64,000 nt of DNA from Thermomicrobiales bacterium (GTDB lineage: Bacteria; Chloroflexota; Chloroflexia; Thermomicrobiales; UBA6265), in NCBI GenBank assembly GCA_020432165.1, contig JAGQGU010000034.1, positions 39,076 through 103,075 on the forward strand, read 5' to 3'. The position numbers and the translations under genes were made by a program. Shown here piece after piece: positions 57,520-64,000 of this stretch. How positions within the stretch are numbered: the first letter of the stretch is position 1; the number at the start of each line of letters is the position of its first letter. The notes below the pieces were generated by a model. It saw only the letters and a program-made list of their open reading frames with translations. It searched no databases and had not been told where the DNA came from.

Positions 57520-58523
57520 GCCGCCGGACTGGCTTCTGGTGCGGTGTCATCCCATCCCTGCCACTCGGGGTGCAGTGGTTCGGCATCGATATCATCATGA
57601 ATGGCGATGGTCAGATCGTAGACCGAATCGCCGATACGTGGTCCGAAGCCGAGCAGATACAGATCCTCGAAGGCAACGATGTGTCGGTCCATCCCGGCCG
57701 GTGTCTCCGCCACGCCCGGAATCTCCAGCAATCCGTCCACGCCACCGATACTTTCCAGTCCGCCCTGCATGACCAAAATGACATCGGGTGCGGCGGTCAC
57801 CAATGCTTCCGGTGTGATGGGTTGGTATCCCTCAATGCCGATTTCGGCACCGACATTGATACCTCCCGCAGCCATGATCACGCCATCAGCAGCCGATCCA
57901 CTTCCGGAAAGCAGTTGGGTGCCCGCGCCACGGATATAGAGGAAGGCGACTCGTGGCTGACTGGCCGAACTTGCCGCCAATGCTTCCGCATCGGCCAGGC
58001 GCTGCTCGACACCGCTGGCGAGTTGCTCACCAGCTTCGGGCAATCCGACGGCTGTCGCGATATTGCGGATTTCGGTCGATGCCGCGTGCGGATCACCCGG
58101 TGCTTCGAATATCACCAGTGCTACTCCGGCATCGGCGATCTGCTGAATCACATCTTCTGGACCCGCCTCGGTGGTGCCGATGACCAGCGTCGGTTCGAAG
58201 GAGAGCACACCCTCGGCGCTGAGACTGCGCTGATAGCCAATTTGCGGCAGCTCTGTAGCTTCTTCGGGATAGAGCGCACTCTCATCCACCGCCACCACAT
58301 TGGCACCGAGCCCAAGCGCGAAGATCGTCTCGGTTACATTGCCATTGAGCGGGATAATGCGGCTGACATCGGTAACCGTAACCTCGTTGCCATTCACATC
58401 CGTTACCGTTACTGGCAGCTCGGGCACGGCAGATTCAGGTGTTGCATCCTGCGCCAACAGCTGGCGAATGGGAGAAATGGCCAGGAGTGCTGCTGCACCC
58501 TGTGTAAACGTACGTCGGTTCAT
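57516..58523 (-). CDS. Class III (TroA/BtuF/HmuT-like) periplasmic substrate-binding protein
   Basis: MNRRTFTQGAAALLA leader and two Rossmann-like lobes (VVAVDE..., PDVILV). Confidence 0.8.
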   Translation of the reverse strand: MNRRTFTQGAAALLAISPIRQLLAQDATPESAVPELPVTVTDVNGNEVTVTDVSRIIPLNGNVTETIFALGLGANVVAVDESALYPEEATELPQIGYQRSLSAEGVLSFEPTLVIGTTEAGPEDVIQQIADAGVALVIFEAPGDPHAASTEIRNIATAVGLPEAGEQLASGVEQRLADAEALAASSASQPRVAFLYIRGAGTQLLSGSGSAADGVIMAAGGINVGAEIGIEGYQPITPEALVTAAPDVILVMQGGLESIGGVDGLLEIPGVAETPAGMDRHIVAFEDLYLLGFGPRIGDSVYDLTIAIHDDIDAEPLHPEWQGWDDTAPEASPAA

Positions 58524-58604
58524 ACGGAACCCTCCTGCAAGCCCATCTGGGCATCGGATAGCAACCAGGTGAGAAACCTCACCGGCTTCAGAATTGGGTT
58601 GCCT

Positions 58605-59258
58605 CTACCCGTGCAGTTTGATATTGCTGAGTTTGAACATACGTTCGGTGACGCCATTGCCATCGGAGAGCGAGACACGTCGCTCCAGTGGCACATCCAC
58701 ACCGTCCACCACACCATAGGTGTCACGGAAGATCTCGCTGCGCTCCAGCGTGTTGGTTTCGGTATTGCGATAGGAGACCGTGAACGCCTCGGGCAAGCTC
58801 CGACCATCCGATGCCTGCACATGCGTCTGCATGGAGATACTGAAGCTGGTGCTACCCATGGTGCGATTCACCACACTGATCGCATTGTCGCGGACGCGAT
58901 AGCTGCTGGTGAAGGGATCATTGAGCTGACGCACCAGCGCCCCTCGTGGATCTCCGTCCTCCTCCAGCACCATATCGTACTTGCCATCGCCCTCGTCATA
59001 GGATCGCGCCCAGCGGTGACCAACCATGGAACCCAGTTGGCTTTTCACCCAGTCCACCAGGTCGGATGGAGCATCGATATCGAGTGTGTAGTAGCGCGGA
59101 CCAGTGATATCCACGCTACCCCTGGCGGTTACGCCGGTAGCGAATACCTCGATATCGGCGGAGAATCCAGCAAATGTTTTCGGAAAGCGGTACGACTTTT
59201 CGTGCGCGTTCCGCAAGAGTTCGTGGGCTTCGGGTTGATTGGTAATGGTGGAGGACAC
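58605..59258 (-). CDS. Conserved hypothetical protein, first gene of the importer operon (possibly DUF3386-like)
   Basis: GTG start after AAAGGAG, no signal peptide, 217 aa. The family assignment is only a recollection-level guess. Confidence 0.45.
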   Translation of the reverse strand: MSSTITNQPEAHELLRNAHEKSYRFPKTFAGFSADIEVFATGVTARGSVDITGPRYYTLDIDAPSDLVDWVKSQLGSMVGHRWARSYDEGDGKYDMVLEEDGDPRGALVRQLNDPFTSSYRVRDNAISVVNRTMGSTSFSISMQTHVQASDGRSLPEAFTVSYRNTETNTLERSEIFRDTYGVVDGVDVPLERRVSLSDGNGVTERMFKLSNIKLHG

Positions 59259-59399
59259 GACTGATCTCCTTTGCTTGTATAGCGATATTGCCGATCTGCA
59301 AAGTCGGATTTAGTGTAGGACGCTCCGCCCCGACCGTCAAACGTAATTCGGTAGCGAATGCGCGAACATCCGGTAGGATTATGAGCACACAAGGAGAAG

Positions 59400-59810
59400 A
59401 TGATGACGCAGTTGCTCCAACTCACATCTATCACAATTGGTAGTCCGAATCCTCGCGAATTGGCGCGCTTCTATGCTCGGCTGCTTGATGGTGAGATTAC
59501 CGCCGACGATCCTCCGCGTGAGACTGAGCCGCCCGATTCCGGTTGGGCGCAGGTTCGTACCAGCAGCGACTTTGGCCGTATCACACTGAACTTCGAGTAC
59601 GAAGCGGCATGGCGCACACTCATCTGGCCAAGTCAGCCGGGACAGCAGCACATCACCCAGCATCTCGATATTCGTGTGACCGATTTGGAAGCTGCCGTCG
59701 CCCACGCCATTGAGTGCGGTGCCATTCAGGACTCCTTTCAGCCGCAGGAGAGCGTACGCGTGATGCGCGATCCGCACGGGCATCCGTTCTGTTTGTTCCT
59801 TGCAGGGTAG
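59400..59810 (+). CDS. VOC (glyoxalase) family protein
   Basis: ATG follows AAGGAGAAG. It has HLDIRV...RVMRDPHGHPFCL metal-site-like blocks. Confidence 0.7.
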   Translation: MMTQLLQLTSITIGSPNPRELARFYARLLDGEITADDPPRETEPPDSGWAQVRTSSDFGRITLNFEYEAAWRTLIWPSQPGQQHITQHLDIRVTDLEAAVAHAIECGAIQDSFQPQESVRVMRDPHGHPFCLFLAG

Positions 59811-59819
59811 GAGAGACGC

Positions 59820-60758
59820 ATGATTCATGTTGGCGCATTGCAACTAGGCACATCTTCGGAAGGCACGGCGGCGACGTTGGCCAAAATCTTCTCATATGAG
59901 GAGCAAATCGCAGCGCACGATCTTGTTGTGATGCCGGAGGCGCTACTCGGCGGCTATCCCAAGGGCGAGGGCTTTGGCACGCTGCTGGGTTACAGACTCC
60001 AGGAGGGACGAGAGACATTCGCAGCCTACGCCGCACAGGCCATCACCATTCCGGGTCCGGAGATAGCGGCATTGGCTGATCTCAGTCGGCGCACCGATAC
60101 GGTTCTGGTTGTCGGGGTCATTGAGCGCGCCGGCTCCACCCTCTATTGCACACAGGTCTATTTCGATCCCGAGCACGGATTCATCGGCAAGCATCGCAAG
60201 TTAATGCCGACCGCCACCGAACGACTCATTTGGGGCCAGGGCGATGGCAGCACCCTGATGGTCGCGGAAACAGCCATTGGCAAGATCGGCGGCGCGATCT
60301 GCTGGGAGCACTACATGCCTCTTCTCCGCACCGCGCTCTACGCCAAAGGGCTGGAAATCTGGGCGGCCAGCACCGTCGACACCCGCGATATCTGGCAGAG
60401 CACCATGCGCCATATCGCTACGGAGGGTCGCTGCTTCGTGGTCAGCGCCTGCCAGTATCTGCCGACTGCGCGCGATCTTGGGCTGGAAACACCACCAGGC
60501 TGGGACGCCGAGACACCTTTGATCGATGGTGGCAGTGTCATCTGCGATCCCTACGGCAATGTGCTCGCTGGTCCGCTTCGTGGCACCGAGGGGATGGTCT
60601 CCGCCGAGGTTGACCTCGCCGTCATTTCGCAGGCCCGCTACGATCTCGATGTCGTCGGTCACTACGCCCGCCCGGATGTCTTTCAACTCACCGTCGACAC
60701 GCGCGAGAAACAGGCGGTCAGTTTCTCGAAAAGCAGTGAAGAAGTGTCTGATGGGTAG
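59820..60758 (+). CDS. Nitrilase (carbon-nitrogen hydrolase superfamily)
   Basis: Catalytic triad contexts VMPEAL (Glu), HRKLMPT (Lys) and GGAICWEH (Cys). Confidence 0.85.
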   Translation: MIHVGALQLGTSSEGTAATLAKIFSYEEQIAAHDLVVMPEALLGGYPKGEGFGTLLGYRLQEGRETFAAYAAQAITIPGPEIAALADLSRRTDTVLVVGVIERAGSTLYCTQVYFDPEHGFIGKHRKLMPTATERLIWGQGDGSTLMVAETAIGKIGGAICWEHYMPLLRTALYAKGLEIWAASTVDTRDIWQSTMRHIATEGRCFVVSACQYLPTARDLGLETPPGWDAETPLIDGGSVICDPYGNVLAGPLRGTEGMVSAEVDLAVISQARYDLDVVGHYARPDVFQLTVDTREKQAVSFSKSSEEVSDG

Positions 60759-60805
60759 AGGGGTAAATGCGCCTGGGCTGTGTCCAGGCGCGTCTGCCCT
60801 CTATC

Positions 60806-61522
60806 CTAGTACAGCGTACTGACACCAATCAGGAAGAGAGTGTCATCGGTTACGGCACTCTTGTCCAGCTCGACCTCTACCTTGGCTGATTCACCGGGAG
60901 CTAGGGTGTCTTCGGTGTCGACAGAGAACTTCTCCTCGGCAACAAGCGTGGAGTCCGCATCAAACCAAAGGATGAGACCATCGGCGAAACCGGGAGGAGC
61001 ATCGTAATCTTTGAACTGATTCTCCACCTCAATCTTCATACCGGTGTCGGTCCATTCCACACTGTTGATCTGCATGCGGAAGTCGTAGTTCGCATCGGGC
61101 GACTCAAAGGTTGGAACCATGCCGGTCAGATCGTCGCTCGGCTCCCCGTCGAAGATAATCTCGGCTCTCATCAGTGCATAGCTTCGTGGCTGGATGGTTA
61201 AGGGCCAAATAGTGGGGTAATCGTCGGTGCTTGTCTCCTGCAGATCAATCTTCCGCAATACGCATTCATCATCCGTATTGTTATGGATCACACCGCAGAT
61301 GTAGTAGCTATCGCCCCAGACATCGTCCTTTTCTGTAATCAGGCTGCTGATAACGATCTCAGTCTTGCCATCGGCTGCCTGGGGGAGAATATCCCAGGCA
61401 TTGCCGTAGAGCATACTCACATCGTCCCCGTGGGTTTCGTTCTCTTTGGCGAACGCTGCTGGAGCGATGCGCGTATATGCGTAAATACCAATTGTACTTT
61501 TGAGTAGGGTGCGTCGATCCAT
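60806..61522 (-). CDS. Tat-signal exported protein, paralogue A (unknown family)
   Basis: MDRRTLLKSTIGIYAYTRIAPAAFA leader. ATG 61522 lies 6 nt after GAGGAG. It is collinear with paralogue B (YGNAWD.LP.AADG, GVIHNNTD, WFD). Confidence 0.55.
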   Translation of the reverse strand: MDRRTLLKSTIGIYAYTRIAPAAFAKENETHGDDVSMLYGNAWDILPQAADGKTEIVISSLITEKDDVWGDSYYICGVIHNNTDDECVLRKIDLQETSTDDYPTIWPLTIQPRSYALMRAEIIFDGEPSDDLTGMVPTFESPDANYDFRMQINSVEWTDTGMKIEVENQFKDYDAPPGFADGLILWFDADSTLVAEEKFSVDTEDTLAPGESAKVEVELDKSAVTDDTLFLIGVSTLY

Positions 61523-61610
61523 TGTCATCTCCTCATACCATGTCTTTCTGCAGAGCTGAGATAAGCTGACATCCCTGGATTGTTCCCAGGCATATCCACT
61601 CCACGGGACA

Positions 61611-62414
61611 TCATCCGGGATAGGTTGCGATGCGCATCCCAACCAGAAATAGTGATGTCGCGTCCACATGTCTGAGATCAAGAGAGAGAACCTTATCCCA
61701 GGTCTCACCCGATACCAACGGTTCATAGTCATCTGACCATTTGGCTGTAAACCCCTCCTCAATCACCAGCTTGCCCTCTGTGTCGAACCAAATGATGATC
61801 CCCTCAGCCAACGAATCCATCTCCTTGTCTGTGGTTGGGTTGGTCATATTCGCACTGAAATTTTCGGTCCAGTCACTCGTGCCCGTTCGCTCGAATGCGT
61901 TGATCTGAACGGGGAGGGTCTGATAGACCGACTCAGGATGAATGGTTTTGAAATGATCATCCTCAAGCGCATCGCTGACCTTGTCGGGCGCCACGAAGAG
62001 TGGGGTGATCGTCGTCGGATCAATGGTGAGCTCACTGTCTGCCTCAATAATGCCCTTGACCAGTCCATATCCATGTGGCTGCACAGTGCTTTGGGTCAAT
62101 ACGAGCTGTGTGCGTTCAGCGACACCTGGGATATCGATCTTGAGAAGCACCGCTGGCTCATCCGTATTGTTGTGGATGACACCACCGAAAATCTGGTTGC
62201 TGCCAAAGAGGCTGCTCTCTGTGGCAAATCCACTGGTCACGATCGCGATTTCGCCATCGGCTGCCCTGGGGAGTACGTCCCAGGCGTTGCCATAGAGCTG
62301 GCTGGCTTCATCCCAGCGTGCTTCGCTGTTCTGTGCGAATACAGATGGAGCGATACGCGTGTATGCATAGAGGCCAAGTGTGCTTTTGAGTAAGGTGCGT
62401 CGGTTCAATTTCAT
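61611..62414 (-). CDS. Tat-signal exported protein, paralogue B (unknown family)
   Basis: MKLNRRTLLKSTLGLYAYTRIAPSVFA leader, with the same conserved blocks as paralogue A. Confidence 0.55.
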   Translation of the reverse strand: MKLNRRTLLKSTLGLYAYTRIAPSVFAQNSEARWDEASQLYGNAWDVLPRAADGEIAIVTSGFATESSLFGSNQIFGGVIHNNTDEPAVLLKIDIPGVAERTQLVLTQSTVQPHGYGLVKGIIEADSELTIDPTTITPLFVAPDKVSDALEDDHFKTIHPESVYQTLPVQINAFERTGTSDWTENFSANMTNPTTDKEMDSLAEGIIIWFDTEGKLVIEEGFTAKWSDDYEPLVSGETWDKVLSLDLRHVDATSLFLVGMRIATYPG

Positions 62415-62510
62415 CTCCGTTTTTGTTTAGCAACGATCCGGCAAAGTGAACGCGCCCGGACAGAATCCAGACGTGTCCACCTTGCGGAGGCAAAAGACGG
62501 GAGCTGGTTT

Positions 62511-63419
62511 TTATGGCACTTCCACCACGGTGTGCATACCCAGCATGGCGTGCGGCATTCCCACATGCTGATCCGGGAAGAAGCAGGCGAGTCCATAGGT
62601 ACCGGATGCCAGTTCCACATTCATCCAACTGGTGGTGCCGAGCGACTGGATACTGGTGACCAGCACCGCCGCGATCCCGCCACCCTCGTCGCCTCCGCCG
62701 TCTTCTGCAGTCGGTGAAGATTCTTCCTCAGGTCCTTCCGCCGCGGCGAACATCATCTCAAACTGATCGTCGGTCATACCTGGTGGCAGGCCCAGCATCA
62801 CCACGAAGTGGGGCTGACCGCCCATTGCGGTGAGCGAGAGGACATTTCTTCCCGCTACCAATTCACCGCCAGTGATATGGAAGTACATCTCACCCATCAT
62901 CATATCCACGGTCGATGTCGGTGTGGGCGCATCCGCTGGCACCTCGCCAGTGACCGTGAAGGCCTGCAACGGGCGGACAAGTTGCCCATCTGCCAGCATC
63001 CAGTCCCCGGCAGTGAGGGTGACCACACACTGCGAAGAGGTCTCGCCAGTATCCAGAATCACATCGCGCCCACCCGCAAAGGTGCCCTCGTAGATGAAAT
63101 CCGGGAGCATGGGTGAGGACGGATCGAGCGCAGGCATCGTATCCAGCGTCATCCCGTCCGGGAAGCGGAAGAGCATAACACTCAGATCCGTTTCACCCTC
63201 CATGGGCTCGCCACTGAGTTCCACCAGATAGTTGCCAGCAGCCAATTCGATAGGCATGCCGGTGATCGTATCTGGCGTCATGACCAGTGAAATTTTCTCC
63301 AGCCCCAAATCCTCAAACGATTCAGTCTGTGCTGCCACGGCACTGAACGCGCCAAATTTGCCAAGCAGCGAGGCCGCCATCAGTGTCGGGATCGCTGTCA
63401 CACGCATGCGCGTATTCAT
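62511..63419 (-). CDS. Exported two-domain protein with cupredoxin-like C-terminal domain
   Basis: Signal peptide. The C-terminus GTYGLACFFPDQHVGMPHAMLGMHTVVEV fits the G.Y...C..P.H...GM.G...V type-1 copper pattern, with an upstream His in GGQPHFVV. Confidence 0.5.
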   Translation of the reverse strand: MNTRMRVTAIPTLMAASLLGKFGAFSAVAAQTESFEDLGLEKISLVMTPDTITGMPIELAAGNYLVELSGEPMEGETDLSVMLFRFPDGMTLDTMPALDPSSPMLPDFIYEGTFAGGRDVILDTGETSSQCVVTLTAGDWMLADGQLVRPLQAFTVTGEVPADAPTPTSTVDMMMGEMYFHITGGELVAGRNVLSLTAMGGQPHFVVMLGLPPGMTDDQFEMMFAAAEGPEEESSPTAEDGGGDEGGGIAAVLVTSIQSLGTTSWMNVELASGTYGLACFFPDQHVGMPHAMLGMHTVVEVP

Positions 63420-63547
63420 CGCATTCTCCTCTTCATCCGCATCCGTTCCTCACCATGAGGAACACTGCATCTATTCTGCGAAGCAGAGGAGAGGGATCAT
63501 ATTGGCGAATCGACGTATTTATCGGATCGATTCAGGAATTGACTGGA

Positions 63548-64000
63548 CTACGTATATCTACGTAGTGGGGTATCCAGCGCACGCGTGACCGCAGCCGTGC
63601 GGCTTTTGACATTCAGCTTGGTCATGGCATTGGCGATATGGGTGGTCACCGTACGAGGACTGATCGAGAGCGTCTCCGCGATTTCGGCGGTCGAAAGATC
63701 CAGCGCCAGGAGTTGCAGAATTTCGGTCTCCCTGGCGGAGAGGATACTATCGCCCACGACTCGTGGCGGTGCGGCAGCAGCTCGCTCGGCGATCTTGTGG
63801 ACTTGCAGCAGTATCTCCGGTGAGCACTGCGGCATAGCGACAACGGCGGCAATCGTTGCCATATCAGTGGGTATGGTCACGATATCCCCGAGAATATCCA
63901 GCACTGCTGTGACCGTCTCCCGATTAACACTGTTGCGATAGAGGTTGAGCAATTCGGCGCATGCCTTTGCGGCCAGCGGATCATTGTCACTGGCATGAGC
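63548..64000 (-). CDS. LuxR-family transcriptional regulator, N-terminus outside the window
   Basis: C-terminal HTH ARETEILQLLALDLSTAEIAETLSISPRTVTTHIANAMTKLNV. The frame stays open from 63952 to the window edge. Confidence 0.75.
   Translation of the reverse strand, partial: AHASDNDPLAAKACAELLNLYRNSVNRETVTAVLDILGDIVTIPTDMATIAAVVAMPQCSPEILLQVHKIAERAAAAPPRVVGDSILSARETEILQLLALDLSTAEIAETLSISPRTVTTHIANAMTKLNVKSRTAAVTRALDTPLRRYT

Noticed and set aside
57357-59264. 635-aa + strand ORF across the importer SBP and the hypothetical gene
   Set aside because: It is antisense to two well-supported minus-strand genes, has an Arg/Gly/His-rich low-complexity composition, and has no motifs. This is a typical GC-rich shadow ORF.
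59259-59399. Cobalamin riboswitch or clear Fur/IdeR box upstream of the FecCD-type importer operon
   Set aside because: No B12-box-like GCCACUG core, and the region is too short. Only half of an IdeR-like palindrome (TTAGTGTAGG) is present, without a matching second arm.

Overview
This is a 64-kb chromosomal window from a moderately GC-rich bacterium. Gene content and cis-RNA repertoire look Chloroflexota- or Actinomycetota-like, but lineage cannot be fixed from sequence alone. I support about 60 protein genes. I found no rRNA, tRNA, transposase, integrase or CRISPR array. Most genes are housekeeping or accessory metabolism: a copper-handling pair (exported protein plus a CopC-CopD-cytochrome c fusion), MarR, an esterase, an L,D-transpeptidase, nadC, an M16 peptidase, a CinA-C amidase, GH2 lacZ, an IMPase, crcB, modAB, purN, an RNA methyltransferase, RusA, several ABC systems (two ABC-2 exporters, a MacB/FtsX-type system, a haem/siderophore-type importer), two tandem EamA/DMT paralogues, an SMR guanidinium exporter, an archaeal-type aspS, an M20 amidohydrolase, rsgA, a nitrilase, and many Tat/Sec-exported proteins of unknown function. 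Accessory or defence-like loci are a lower-GC AbiEi/AbiEii (type IV TA / abortive infection) cassette wedged between modB and purN, and a mazEF pair. Three cis-regulatory elements are supported directly by sequence: a T-box leader with a GAC (Asp) specifier before aspS, a guanidine-III (ykkC-III) riboswitch before the SMR gene, and an ECF41-type promoter (TGTCACG-N16-CGTC) before a CMD-sigma operon. Notable repeats are a composite 168-170-bp tandem repeat built on a 25-nt CCCCGGGG hairpin core between crcB and modA, a 154/155-bp near-identical direct repeat pair 5.2 kb apart, and a family of CCGCA-TTT-GCGG hairpins at convergent gene junctions. I do not see a complete, clearly novel multi-gene system. 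The best leads for follow-up are the twin 155-bp element, the Tat-exported paralogue/cupredoxin/LuxR cluster at the 3' end, the AbiE cassette sitting where modC is expected, and a few orphan or small ORFs. Many long ORFs in the supplied track are antisense shadows typical of GC-rich DNA and were not called.
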